Source: an uncultured Methanosarcinaceae archaeon | GTDB taxonomy: Archaea > Halobacteriota > Methanosarcinia > Methanosarcinales > Methanosarcinaceae | Reading direction: 5' to 3' | DNA: 64,000 nt | Assembly (NCBI GenBank): GCA_963727895.1 | Contig: CAVSHT010000007.1 | Location: 1 to 64,000, forward strand | Shown here: in pieces, positions 1-11,178 of the stretch | Layout of the letters: every line of letters begins with the position of its first letter | How positions within the stretch are numbered: the stretch's first letter is position 1 | The notes under the pieces: model-generated | The model's database searches: none | Told to the model about the DNA's origin: nothing | Seen by the model: only the letters and a program-made list of their open reading frames with translations | Position numbers and translations under genes: made by a program

Positions 1-455
1 GAAAGGGTAAACTCAACTGTCCATGGAACAACCTATCAAATTTCTCTTGAACGTTTTAAGGAGGAGGACCTGAACCCTCTGGGTCAGGTTCCTCCTTACA
101 AAGTTGTTCATAAGGAGACCAGAAAGGTCTCCAGAGATTGTTATATTCCATTCCTTGGAAATAAGTATTCTGTTCCTTACAGGTAATGCAGAAAGAACTG
201 CAGAGCTTCATATTTTTGAAGGAAAATTAGAGATCTATGTTGATTATGAAAAGATCTGTGAACATGCAATTCTCCCAGGTAACTGCAGAGTTTCAAGGAA
301 AAAAGGAACATTTCCAGGGTTTACTGAGTGAGATTCTTAAAGAGAACTCAAAATGCAAGAAAAATTCACAGATTCCGTTGAAATTCTCAGGTCCTGAAGT
401 TGAAAAAAGGTCTCTTGATGTCTATGAAATCTTTAGCCAGGGAGGTTTTGAATGA
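1..455 (+). pseudogene. istA: IS21 transposase IstA, 3' part, two frameshifts
   Basis: Frame 1 reads NSTVHGTT...RKVSRDCYIPFLGNKYSVP to a stop at 184-186; the protein continues in two other frames to 455. Confidence 0.85.
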
Positions 456-1224
456 ACAACTTCACCTATGAGAGGATTCACAACAATCTGCAATACCTGA
501 AACTGAATACTGTTGAAGAGCTCCTTGACAACTTTCTTGAAATTGCTGTAAGGGACAACAAGACAACAATGGAAGTTCTTGATTATCTATTTGGACAGGA
601 AAAGAAACACAGAGAAGCTGTTGCAATTGAGAGAAGGATGAAAAGTGCAGTTTTTCCTGTTAAAAAAACTCTTGAGGAATTCGATTTTGAATTTCAGAAA
701 TCCATTGATAAGAAGATAATCGAAGACCTTGCAACCTTGAGATTTGTTCATAATTCAGAGAATGTTGTTTTCCTTGGTCCACCAGGTGTTGGAAAATCTC
801 ATCTTGCAATTGCTCTTGGAATCGAAGCAGTAAAGTCAGGGATTTCGGTTTACTTTACCAATACAGGAAACCTTATTGAAAGGTTGAAAAAAGCAAATAA
901 AGAAGGAATGCTTGAAAAAAAACTCAGGGACTTGATGAAGTATAAAGTGCTGATTATTGATGAAATAGGATATCTTCCATTTGACGAAGAAGGAGCTCAC
1001 TGTTTATTTCAGCTAATCTCAAGACGTTATGAAATGAATTCAACGATCTTAACATCGAATAAGTCGTATGGAGAATGGGGAGATATATTCAAGGACCATG
1101 TAATAGCGGCTGCTGTACTTGATAGGCTTCTTCATCATTCTACGATGATTATATCAAAGGGGAAAGTTACAGGCTGAAAAAAAGGAAAAAACAGGGTATA
1201 AAAACAGGAAATCTATACCAGTAA
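452..1224 (+). pseudogene. istB: IS21 helper ATPase IstB, frameshift near C-terminus
   Basis: Walker A GPPGVGKS, LIIDEIGY, AVLDRLLHH; the conserved GESYR tail lies in a shifted frame ending at 1224. Confidence 0.9.
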
Positions 1225-1417
1225 TTTTTAACAAGTTCATGAAAAATTGAGTAAACTTTATATCAAAAAGTGGGGAAAAGTAATCCGGCCAAAATAGGGA
1301 AAATTAAACGGCATTGACATTTGCAACGGAACCTTCTAGAAGGCTATGAAATACCCCTTCCTGAATACTTTGCCTTATAAGTTAAATACCTGTAGCTTAA
1401 ATGATATTATGGTAATA

Positions 1418-1645
1418 ATGGAAACCAAGAGTGTGAATTATACAGTTTTAATTGAGCAAGATGAAGATGGTATGTATATTGCAAAAGTTCCTGACATACC
1501 AGGTTGTTATACTCAAGGAAAAAACGTTGAACAGGCTATGGAGCGTATAAGAGAAGCAATACAAGTTTGTCTTGAAGCAGAGGAACTTGAAGATATTCTA
1601 CCGTTGAAGTTTGTAGGAATTCAACAGGTAGAGGTAAAAGTATGA
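1418..1645 (+). CDS. hicB: HicB-family antitoxin (short, no DNA-binding domain)
   Basis: YTVLIEQDEDG-YIAKVPDIPGCYTQG-x-EQAMERIREAI signature; overlaps hicA by 4 nt. Confidence 0.88.
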   Translation: METKSVNYTVLIEQDEDGMYIAKVPDIPGCYTQGKNVEQAMERIREAIQVCLEAEELEDILPLKFVGIQQVEVKV

Positions 1646-1875
1646 GTAGACTTCTTCCAGTGAGTGGAAGAGAAATGTGCAAAATACTTGAAATTGTAGG
1701 TTTTCAAAAGATTCATCAGGTAGGAAGTCATGTGAGATATGCTCATCCTGATTGTAGGAAGACAGTTGTTCCTGTGCATGGAAATGAAGAGTTAGGTACT
1801 GGTTTAATAAAGGAAATTCTGAAACAGAGTAGGATTTCACGTGATACTTATGAAGAGCTTAGAAACAAAATTTAG
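1642..1875 (+). CDS. hicA: HicA-family toxin (mRNA interferase)
   Basis: GF-x-GSH-x-HPD-x-TVVPVHG-x-L-x-G-x-ILKQ motif. Confidence 0.9.
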   Translation: MSRLLPVSGREMCKILEIVGFQKIHQVGSHVRYAHPDCRKTVVPVHGNEELGTGLIKEILKQSRISRDTYEELRNKI

Positions 1876-1955
1876 GTATTGTTAACTATACATAACAAGT
1901 TTTTTATTTCTGTATTTCATCAATAGAAAAACCGAGTACTTTAGCATTTCAAGAT
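1875..1955 (-). mobile_element. Isolated right end of the local IS1-family element
   Basis: Reverse complement matches the right ends of the IS1 copies at 17728, 19240 and 30059. Confidence 0.85.
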
Positions 1956-2743
1956 TTTTTGCAACGGAACCGCCCAATTATTTGGAATTATTCTGTAATA
2001 CTGATACATTTTCCATAAATATTTTGATTTTTACTCATTACTTATAAATTTACGTACTTATTCTGAGATTTTTTTCAGGAAACCAAAACGGCAACATAAT
2101 TGTCAAAATATTGATCTCAAGCTTGAGTTTAATCTTCCTTAGTGATTGCCTTAAAAGCCAACAGGAAAATGAGTTATGAGAGGTACCCGCACATTTGGGA
2201 AAGACAGTTACTATTTAAAAGACAATTTAGTGTCTTAATATTGGGAATTTTTAACACTTTTACGTGCGTGAACCTCAAAAATATAATATGATCTATAAAT
2301 CATATATATCTGTTGAATGTGTGATATAAAATTAAAATATATTCATAGTTACTTTAAGATAACTAATGGCACATTTGGATACAATAAAAAGAGTTAGTTA
2401 TAAGAAATATGGTTCCATTGCAAAAATTAGATAGCAAAAGTAAAACTCTGTCATATAGTAAATATCTAGAACTTTAATTTTACAGGATAGTTTAATACGA
2501 ACCTTTTGAGATAAAACGATCGTATTGGGTTCAGGTTTTAAAGTAGTTTTAGAGTAAATTTTAATATCTCATTTTTTTCAAACAGCGCTTGTAAAGTAAA
2601 ACATTACTATTTATAATAAAGTGCTCAGACTTTACTTCAATCGATTTGGACTTTGTCATGTGGAAGGTAGCAACGTTTTAGGATTACATTACTGTAAAAT
2701 GCAGAGCTTTTGTGCCAAAAACGATGTATTGACAAAGTCGTTT

Positions 2744-3141
2744 TTATTTTCTGGTCGTATGTTGAATTATCCATTCTTCTATTTCAGAAAGTGCTATTTC
2801 ATTTTCTGTATCAACCCTGACAATAAAATCAATCATTTCTTCATTCGTAGACGTAAATTTATATCCTCCGTCTTCAATAATAAAATTCATAGCTTCATAA
2901 CCAGTTCGTTTTTTCCATTAAAAAACGGATGTTTTGCAACTATTGTATAAACTACTATTGCAGCATTTTGAAAGATGCTGTTAGACTCCTTAATTAAAAA
3001 GTCAAACATTAATTCAAGCGTAGCTAAAGAGCGTATCGCAGGAGTATAATCATCAGGGTCTTTAGATTTATCGTAATCTATGACTTTTTGATGAATTTTT
3101 AGAATCTCAATTAAACTGATCAAAATATCACTTTCTTCCAA
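2744..3141 (-). pseudogene. Fic/Doc (death-on-curing) toxin, frameshifted in the catalytic motif
   Basis: HPFFNG then a 1-nt loss; the other frame continues RTGYEAMNF...IEEWIIQHTTRK* (Fic motif HPFxxGNKR). Confidence 0.85.
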
Positions 3142-3458
3142 GCGCGTCTAAAATCTCTTTATCTTCTACTAACTTTTTTTTCCAGCCAGGCATTAAAATC
3201 CTTTATATGAGATTCTTTCTTTTCTTGCTTTTTTCTTCTCTTGGAAACGTTTCCGTTCCTCTGCTACCAAAAGAGCAGTTGATGAACTTTTTCCCAACTC
3301 TATCAACAGCAATCCAGATCCAGCAATATTTTTTTTGTTACCGATGTAAGTGTGCATTTCATCCATTTCAACAATAGGTATCTCATTTTCACTTTTTAGG
3401 TTCTCTCACTCTTGACCAAATTTCTTGATCCATTTTTGGACAGAAACATGACTTACCC

Positions 3459-4782
3459 CTAAAACGCACATGCTTTTCTTCGAATAACAAGCACAACTAA
3501 TGACAGTACTCTCCGTTCTTTTTTTGACTATTAAGCCCTCATTACCTTGGGCAGTAAGGTTGTCTCGATTTTGGTTTTTCAAAACCGTCCTAAAACTAAT
3601 CAGTGAATTGCCATCGAAGGCTCAAGTGTGACTTTGATCACGGATGCTAAATTGGTCTTTTAGGCAATTCCACTGCCCAAATAAATTTGGTGATCTAATT
3701 TGATTGAAGTCATAAACAAAGCTTGTGGTTTAGACATTCACAAACTCTTTTTCATTGCTACAAAACAGATAAGATTGACTCAGAAGTCATTGCACAACTT
3801 GCACTTAATAATATGATTCAGCCATCAAGAGTTTTTCCAAAGGATCATATAGATTTTAGATCATATGTTCGACTTCGGTTAACACTTGTACAAAAAAGAA
3901 CAGATTTAAAAAATAAAGCTCACTCAATTCTTGCATCTGAAATTCAATTCTTGCATCTGAAATGCTACACCTGAATAATGTGCTGACAGACGTTTTTGGC
4001 AAGAATGGCAGAATGATCTTATTAGGAATCTCTTCAGGTAAGAGTGTTGATTAGATTATTGTAAGCCTCTCTCCAAATGTTCGGAAAAAAGCTGCTCAGA
4101 TAAGAGAAATTCTTGATCGAGAAATTTCTCAAAGTGCTGCATTCAGACTTCAGATCTGTCTGAAACTCATAAAAAGTCTTGATGATGAACTCGAAGCTTT
4201 AGAAACAGAAATTTTCAATTATGCTTCTCGAAATCATAAGCGAGAAATGGAGATTTTAATGTCAGTTCCAGGTATAGGGAAACTTGGTGCGGCAATTTTA
4301 CTTGCTGAAATAGGCAACTTTAAGGATTTTTCTTCTGGAAATAAGCTTGCTTCTTGGCTTGGTCTAGTTCCTAATGTGTATCAATCTACAGATAAATACT
4401 ATAACGGCAGAATCACAAAGAGGGGATCAAAAGTAGCAAGGTGGATTCTGACACAGATTGCTCAAGCAGCAGCAAGAAAGAAGAATAGCAGGTTAAAAGA
4501 GTTTTTTAACAGAAAAAAGAAGTCGATTGGACATGCAAAAGCAATTATTGCTTTAGCAAGGAAAATTGCAACGATACTATGGCATCTTATTACAAACGAT
4601 GAGATGGACGAAGATGAAACCGGATATCAAAAGGGAGAAATCCAAAAGAGAAAGATTATTGAGACTGAGATTTTTTCGGTTGATGAACTGACTAAAATAA
4701 TTAGTGGAATATTTGCGATTATGGGGAAAAAGGATCAAGAGAGCACGTGAGGATAATCTCCTCATGTACTTTCATGCTAAAA
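3459..4782 (+). mobile_element. IS110-family element nested in IS1
   Basis: CTAAAA at both junctions (3459-3464, 4777-4782), no obvious terminal IRs, ~235-bp non-coding left end, transposase remnant. Confidence 0.85.
3700..4750 (+). pseudogene. IS110 recombinase/transposase pseudogene
   Basis: GLDIHK joined to KTDKIDS (internal deletion), 20-bp duplication at 3924-3963, in-frame TAG near 4052, C-terminal VPGIG...WLGLVP..YQS...GRITKRG. Confidence 0.9.
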
Positions 4783-5003
4783 TCTTCCTATTGAACGAAA
4801 GCCCAATCCTTCAAGGTAAAGTTGTAAAGCCTGTCTTTTTACAGAAGCGGAAAAAGCAGTTGATTTTAGCTCTACTGTATAGTTATAGCCACAATCAGAG
4901 CATTTGTACCGTTGACGCCCACCAACTATACCATTATTTTTGTGACTGGAACTATTACATTTTGGGCAGTTCATGAAGAAATATATGTTATAAGCATATA
5001 TAT

Positions 5004-5234
5004 CTATTTTTTATTACCAATGCCATTTTGAGGTATATATGTTTTAAAAGTTTCAAAATCACGACCTTGATCTCCACCACTTGAAACTGGTCCCGTTGCA
5101 GGAATGATGTTACTGCAGATCCTTGCACGTGCTAAATGACGGCATAAATGCTCAAACTCGTGATGTGAATTTGTTTCTGCCAGCTGTGACAACCCAAAAC
5201 GGATTTGTGCTTTTATCTGTTCAAGATTGGACAT
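5004..5234 (-). pseudogene. Truncated N-terminal restriction-endonuclease-like (Mrr-like PD-(D/E)XK) domain
   Basis: FEHLCR...GGDQGRD motif; the ORF stops right next to the IS1 remnant. Confidence 0.55.
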
Positions 5235-5626
5235 ACTCTATCTCGCACATACAGTATTTAAAAAATATACAATAACCAATAATACAATATATAATAATTT
5301 CTCTCAATGTTGAATCTTAAAAAATAGCCTTGACAGAAAAAAAGTGTCAAACAAGAAAATTATTCATCAGTGCAAAAAGCCCAAAGGGCAAAGTAACAGC
5401 AACTCACACGACAAAAAATTAATTGGGGAATAAGACATCTGAATAGTAGACGAGGTGGATGAAAAACAGCAACACATTAGAAAGAGGTGGTGTCAGATGT
5501 CTTAATTATATAATATTCAGAGGTGGTTATATAAATGCAATCATTTACTGCTATTTAACATGCATTTATTTCAGTACTCATTTTCTTGCTCTCGATAATG
5601 CATCAGCATACATAATATCCCATTTT

Positions 5627-8494
5627 TCATTCCCAAAACTTCTTCGTCTTCACATAATTCCGTTCTGCGACCAGAATATCCCTGTAAAACGCCTCTTCAT
5701 CGACTCTCATCTTTTCAATAACCCTTGACGCTGTTTCAGGCCCAATTCCACGGCTGGCAAGTGCAATAACCGCTTTTTTTCCCTGAGAACGGACTATGCT
5801 TGCGTTTCTGTAGACTCTCTGTATTCGTTTCTTTTCGTCGGGAGAAACTTTAACCTTTTTTGCCTGTTTCTTGACAAGGTTTATTTCCTCTTCTTCCCAC
5901 GGCTTGAGGGCTGCAATCATCTGGGACTCGCAGACCGGACACACGATTTCATCAGGAACACTCTTAACCTGCCTGCGAGAAGTCCATTTCTTACAGTTCG
6001 TACAGAATAGAATAATTTTATCGTTCATAATTCGTTCCTTAAGTGCAAGAACAATTGAACGATCAGCTTTTTCTGGCGCAACAAGGTCTTTTTTCATGGC
6101 AAAACCGGCTGAGCCGATTGGAGTTGGAGGGGAAACTTCTACTGAAATAGATCCGTCTGCAAGTCTGGTAAGGACTTCTTTTGTCCGAGGGACATCGAGC
6201 ATATCATGAAAAATTTCGCGTATAACCTCATCATACATAGAAGAACCCTGGTAAATTTCCAGCAGTTTTTTCATGCTGATCCGGTCATACTCAATATCCT
6301 TGGATAGAGCTCCGAATTTTCTGGCAACATGAACCATTTTCCACTTCATCAAAGTTGTGTTTTTCAGAGTCATTTCTATAATCGGTTCAACGTGTTCAGG
6401 TAGGAGAAAAAGCAGCATATCTCGTATCTGTACAGGGCTTACACGTCTTGGCAGAGTCAGCTTTATCCTGTAAGGATCTACCTCCTGGGCGACACTACTA
6501 CCAAAACGGGCTGAAAGAAGCGATGTAATGACTCGCGCAAGGGTGCTGTTTGTGTTATGGCCAAAACAGGCATTCAGAGTTACAGAATCTCCTTCGTCTT
6601 CAATTACGATAGTATCTGCATCAGGTAGGGGAAAACCTCCTTCTACATGTTCGCGTACCAACCGAATCAATTCAAGCACAGCACTCTTTGTTACAGGATA
6701 TTTCACCTGAAGCTGTCTGGCAATCGCTTCATCATCAAGTTCTGATTGGATAAAATCTGCAATTTCTGCTCTTAGTTTTCCTACATCCTGAGCTACCTCA
6801 AAAGGCACAGGGATTTCTTCACCGGTCCAGCTTGGAACCTCACCTGCACCTTCTACAGGCTCGACCTTGATCCTGTCCTTTCCCTGCTCACCGTCAGGCA
6901 TCTCTACAACCCGCCACATGTAGCCTTTTGTTATGAAAACTGCACCCGGTTCTGCAAAATTCACGACAAAGGCTTCGTCCAGCACTCCAACTGATTTCCC
7001 GCTCACAATATCATAGATCTCGTACTTCTTTTCGTCCGGGATCATAGATAAATTCTCATAATAGTATTCCCGGCTTTTTCTGCGCCTCTTAACGATATTT
7101 AAACCTTTTTCATGCCAGATAAGTTTGTAATCCCCTATCTGGTCCACAACCCTTTGCAACTCTTCAAATTTCAGATATCGGAACGAGTATGTTCTATTAA
7201 GAATCTTGAGAATTTTCTCAATTTCAACTTCTCCAAAATCCATAACCATGCCTGCAATCTGGTTTGCCACGACATCCAGAGATTTTATATGCGGAGAAAC
7301 ATCTTCGACCCGACCTTCCAGTGCAGCTTTTGTTATCGCCATACTCTCTGCAGTGTCATCGACTTCCATAGAAATAATAGTGCCCCGTGAAATCGAATGC
7401 AGCTTATGACCTGCCCTTCCTACCCTCTGGAGCAGCCTTGAAACCTGACGTGGAGAACCATACTGGATTACTCGATCGACATTACCGATATCGATTCCAA
7501 GTTCCATTGAAGAAGTGCAAATAAGACCTTTAAGGGCTCCGGATTTGAAAGCTTCCTCAGCTTCCACACGGGCTTCAAATGAAAGCGAACCGTGATGAAC
7601 ACCTATGGATGTCCCTAGTTTCCGAAAACCAGCAGCTAGCGCTTCTGCACTCTGCCTCGTATTTACAAAAACCAGAGTTGACTGACTATCTTCAACAATT
7701 TTCCTAATGCAAAGAAGATGAGAGGCAAATTCGGGCTCACAACCTACTGTTTTTGCAATTTCCAGTACCTCTTTCTCCTGGAGCTTACCACCGACTGAAA
7801 CCTGAGGGTTTACCACATCAAACTCAAGCAATTTTAACAGAGCTACTTCAATTACAGTGAAATCTCTTCCGTTACCTGCCAGAAACTTTGCAATTTCCCA
7901 TGGATTCCCAACTGTCGCAGAAAGCCCTATTCTTTGAAATTCTCCTGAAATTTCTACAAGTCTTTCAAGCCCAACAGACAACTGAGCTCCCCGTTTTGAA
8001 CCCGCAAGCTCATGGATTTCATCTATCACGACATGGGTTACAGTTTCAAGGTTCTGGCGCAGTCGAGAGCCGGTAAACATTGCCTGTAAAGTTTCAGGAG
8101 TAGTTATCAGCACATCAGGAGGGTTTCTCGACTGGCGCTGCCTTTCACTTTGCGGAGTATCCCCGTGACGAACCTGGACTTTAATGTCGAGCAACTGCCC
8201 AAGGATTTCAATACGAGAAAGCATATCCCTGTTAAGTGCCCTCAACGGAGTTATATAAAGAACAGAAATTCCCTTTCTAGCTTCTGGCTTTTTTTTCAGA
8301 ATACTGTCTAAAACCGGCAGCACAGCTGATTCGGTCTTACCTGAGCCTGTAGGAGCTATCAAAAGAGTATGCTTTCCATCCATTATGTGAGGAAATGATC
8401 TTTCTTGAGGTTCTGTTGGTTTTGTAAAGCCAAGAGTTTTGAGGGCTTCCTGAATTTTTGGGTGAAAAGTGTTGAATGCGTTATGATATGTCAT
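5627..8494 (-). CDS. lhr: Lhr-family SF2 ATP-dependent helicase
   Basis: [35 protein letters not shown]-terminal CxxC/CxxC; 955 aa intact. Confidence 0.93.
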   Translation of the reverse strand: MTYHNAFNTFHPKIQEALKTLGFTKPTEPQERSFPHIMDGKHTLLIAPTGSGKTESAVLPVLDSILKKKPEARKGISVLYITPLRALNRDMLSRIEILGQLLDIKVQVRHGDTPQSERQRQSRNPPDVLITTPETLQAMFTGSRLRQNLETVTHVVIDEIHELAGSKRGAQLSVGLERLVEISGEFQRIGLSATVGNPWEIAKFLAGNGRDFTVIEVALLKLLEFDVVNPQVSVGGKLQEKEVLEIAKTVGCEPEFASHLLCIRKIVEDSQSTLVFVNTRQSAEALAAGFRKLGTSIGVHHGSLSFEARVEAEEAFKSGALKGLICTSSMELGIDIGNVDRVIQYGSPRQVSRLLQRVGRAGHKLHSISRGTIISMEVDDTAESMAITKAALEGRVEDVSPHIKSLDVVANQIAGMVMDFGEVEIEKILKILNRTYSFRYLKFEELQRVVDQIGDYKLIWHEKGLNIVKRRRKSREYYYENLSMIPDEKKYEIYDIVSGKSVGVLDEAFVVNFAEPGAVFITKGYMWRVVEMPDGEQGKDRIKVEPVEGAGEVPSWTGEEIPVPFEVAQDVGKLRAEIADFIQSELDDEAIARQLQVKYPVTKSAVLELIRLVREHVEGGFPLPDADTIVIEDEGDSVTLNACFGHNTNSTLARVITSLLSARFGSSVAQEVDPYRIKLTLPRRVSPVQIRDMLLFLLPEHVEPIIEMTLKNTTLMKWKMVHVARKFGALSKDIEYDRISMKKLLEIYQGSSMYDEVIREIFHDMLDVPRTKEVLTRLADGSISVEVSPPTPIGSAGFAMKKDLVAPEKADRSIVLALKERIMNDKIILFCTNCKKWTSRRQVKSVPDEIVCPVCESQMIAALKPWEEEEINLVKKQAKKVKVSPDEKKRIQRVYRNASIVRSQGKKAVIALASRGIGPETASRVIEKMRVDEEAFYRDILVAERNYVKTKKFWE

Positions 8495-8644
8495 AGTTCC
8501 AATAAGCGTAATGTTCCTCTAATTGTCATATATACAGAGAGGTTTTAGTTAAAGTATTCTGGTTTTTATGTTACGAAGACTGATATAAATGGGTAATGGC
8601 ATGAGTTATTGAAAAACATATGCATAAGACTTTTTCTACATATT

Positions 8645-9177
8645 CCTCAAATATAAACCTGCAATAGAAATGGCTTCTGAAACTGAATGGAAATAGGTAA
8701 TTTAGCCTGAGACCTGAGCAACTTTAGCCAATTTTATATGATCATTTTGATAAACAAAATAGAGGATTCCAGCCTATATAAGACTCCTGCAAATTTTAGA
8801 GCTGATTCAAGATGTACTCCAATAAATTCCGTTCTTAAGGCTAAGGGCCGCACCTTTTGTGTTTGCTCCTGCACCAAGGTCAGGCTCGTCCAGCCATAGG
8901 ATAAACTCTTCTGCGATCTTATCCATAAACTCGGGAAGTTCAAGTTCTGCTCTTCGAAGCAAAGCCCTGGCAAGCACAATCATCAACTGGGTATCATCAG
9001 TCCAAGAAGAATTGAATGGGATTTCTAGAATTCCTTATTCTCCATATTTATTTATTATTTGCTCAAGGGTAAGGTGTTCTACAGGGCGGCCGAGAGCGTC
9101 AGCGCATGCAGTGCCAAAAAGGTAGCCGCGAAGTTTTTTTCTATATCCGACACATCCGGCAGGTTTTTTATACTCAT
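8645..9177 (-). pseudogene. ADP-ribosylglycohydrolase (DraG/ARH family) pseudogene
   Basis: Manual translation LRGYLFGTACADALGRPVE...*...WTDDTQLM with several stops and frameshifts; left boundary approximate. Confidence 0.8.
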
Positions 9178-9293
9178 GATTTCAATCCTGTACTTTTCTT
9201 GATTTCATCTGTTACAAAATTAGAAACATATCAAAGAAAAAATATCGCATGAAGGCTTGATGAGGCTAGCCTGAAGGCAGATATCTATATGAT

Positions 9294-9418
9294 GAGCTTA
9301 TCTCAAAACTAATTTTGAGCTTCAAATCAATAAAAGTTTCAGAACTATTTTTATGATAGAAAACTTTATTGATCATCCAGAATTTGAAAATCAGAAATGC
9401 CGTTTTGGGGGTAAACTC
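9294..9418. mobile_element. MITE-like element (~125 bp)
   Basis: Imperfect terminal IRs GAGCTTATCTCAAAAC / GTTTTGGGGGTAAACTC; partial related copies near 21630 and 61801. Confidence 0.6.
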
Positions 9419-9529
9419 GTAAATTAATATGCAGCAATCTCTATGAGAGAAGGTTCAAAAACAAATGTTTTAGATTAGACAAGCGAAGTTATCCTGACAG
9501 AAAAACTTTGTTTTAGAAAAAGCTAATAT

Positions 9530-9653
9530 AATTAGGACTTGCGCGGTTGGACTGAGAAATCAATAGCAATAAACCATTAGCTGTATAAAATAATAAGCCA
9601 GTCACAGCACCGAATGGTCTTGATTTTGTACTTCAAGTGCGCAAGTCCTAATT
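9530..9653. mobile_element. MITE-like element (~124 bp)
   Basis: Perfect 15-bp IR AATTAGGACTTGCGC / GCGCAAGTCCTAATT. Confidence 0.7.
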
Positions 9654-9694
9654 GTAAGTCCTAATTAAATAAAGTTTTGAAATGAACTCAATAA

Positions 9695-10000
9695 TTAAAC
9701 GCTACCAACAATAAATTGTGAATATTCATCTATTGTTTCCTTGGCAGCTTCGATGTTATTTCGTCCATCGCGATAAATACGGCTTAAATACAGTCCGTTG
9801 TCAGCCCGAAGTGCTATTTTGTTAATGCCGGCAAAGATGGTATACTCAAACTTGCAGTATTGATCTATTGTATCCTTTTCGAATTCAGTGTATTGAATAT
9901 ATCCACCATGAGAATCTGGGCGAGCAATGCGACTGAGATATTTTCCATTGTCTCCTAAAAGTGCAATTTTGTTCTCCCCAGGAAACGTTAGTCCTAACAG
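9695..10000 (-). pseudogene. Fascin-like beta-trefoil repeat ORF lacking a standard start (not in ORF track)
   Basis: ~101 open codons with two repeats: KIALLGDNGKYLSRI...EKDTIDQYCKF and KIALRADNGLYLSRI...AKETIDEYSQF. Confidence 0.65.
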
Positions 10001-10133
10001 AAATTAATTAATGTCAACTGGATGAGAATAAAATACATAAGAAAAATAATGTAATGAATATAATGTATGGATGGTATGCGCATGGAAAGCAAAGAATTTA
10101 AAAGAAAGATAAAATTACAGGAGATAATAATAC

Positions 10134-10898
10134 TTGAATACCCATCGTATTTCCACTACAATCTCGCAGAAACACTGGGAATTATTACATTGGTCATCGG
10201 TTAAGGTTTTCTTGCCTGAAAGCTATCAATTTTGCACTAGAAGCCTGCCTTAAATCTTGGCTTGTCTACATAAAATCGATACCCTGTTCCAGCTCAGGAT
10301 CTATTAACATATTTAACAAATGTTAAAGAAATTGACGCAATTTGTCGCGATTCCTCACTTAACCGAAGACGCATGGGAATTATTAAAAAAACAAGCAAAA
10401 AAATTTGAAACGCAGCAAAGAGCCCTGGAACTTGCACTGGAAAGTTTGGAAAACAGCTCAAAACAGAGTCCAGCGTTAACCTTGGAAGAAAAATATTGGA
10501 TGCGCATTAAATGGGCAAAATCAGCCGTTATCATCGAAAAAAATGCTTTTAAGTTCCGAATAGAAACCACTGATGTTGAGCGTTTAAGTGAAATTTTTAG
10601 TCGGGACAAAACAATAGAATATACAATAGAGTTCTACTTTCAAAAACCTCTTGAGGAATGTACTCTCAAAGAAGTTATAGATGGGTTAGTCATCAATCTC
10701 AAGATAACTAACTGGTTCGATACTGTAGATTACACAGATAGCAGCGGCGAGTATAAACTGATAATGACTCATTTTTTTGGTTTTAATTTTTCCAAAATAA
10801 TTCGGATATCAATAGAAAACATGTTTAAAACTTATGGAGTCAAGACAGATAGCATAGTTTCCGTAAAGACGATCTTCATGAGAATATCTAAAAATTGA
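10134..10898 (+). CDS. Hypothetical protein interrupted by a MITE (ORF now starts inside the MITE at 10320)
   Basis: Native start TTG 10134 (LNTHRISTTISQKHWELL) joins KKQAKKFETQQ once the insert and one TSD copy are removed. Confidence 0.75.
10188..10375. mobile_element. IS4/ISH8-type MITE (188 bp)
   Basis: IRs CATTGGTCATCGGTTAAG / CTTAACCGAAGACGCATG; perfect 10-bp TSD GGAATTATTA at 10178-10187 and 10376-10385. Confidence 0.88.
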
Positions 10899-10983
10899 TA
10901 ATTGGTAACCTTAATTTTATTATTTTTTATCTTAGAACAATCTGTTTATTGATTCAAGCTTTAAACGTCGTTTTCTGTTACAG

Positions 10984-11178
10984 TCCTAATTTGACAGAAG
11001 CATAAATATTATTATGAATAAATCAGCCACATGTTTATGTTTTTTCACTACAACTGTAATTTATATACTACGTTCTTTGATTTTTGATATTTTCATTTTT
11101 CCAAAAAATTCTATGCCGATACAAAGTGTTTTTTGTAAAAAATAACTTTATTAATAAACAAATTCTGTCAAATCAAGG
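10984..11178. mobile_element. MITE (195 bp), possibly IS1634-derived
   Basis: IRs TCCTAATTTGACAGAA / TTCTGTCAAATCAAGG; 6-bp TSD TTACAG on both sides. Confidence 0.75.

Larger units (their letters stand above)
1..1319 (+). mobile_element. IS21-family element, right part (decayed)
   Basis: istA 3' end plus istB, then a terminal region ending ...GGCATTGACA at 1319 (IS21 ends in CA). Confidence 0.9.
3250..4985 (-). mobile_element. IS1-family remnant split by an IS110 insertion (3250-3464 and 4777-4985)
   Basis: Both segments match contiguous parts of the other IS1 copies; InsA zinc ribbon ORF CPKC...YKCSDC at 4777-4974. Confidence 0.9.

Noticed and set aside
2649..2739. 10-bp IR GACTTTGTCA/TGACAAAGTC as a MITE, and overlapping ORF 2621-2950
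   Set aside because: The IR is short with no clear TSD or second copy; the ORF is antisense to doc.
4050..4056. In-frame TAG in the IS110 transposase as pyrrolysine
   Set aside because: The gene also has a deletion and a frameshifting duplication; a CAG-to-TAG mutation is the simpler explanation.
5871..8076. Antisense ORFs within lhr (and similarly within pan, purA, nurA, groEL, anf and fdhA)
   Set aside because: Shadow ORFs of well-supported genes, with no motifs of their own.
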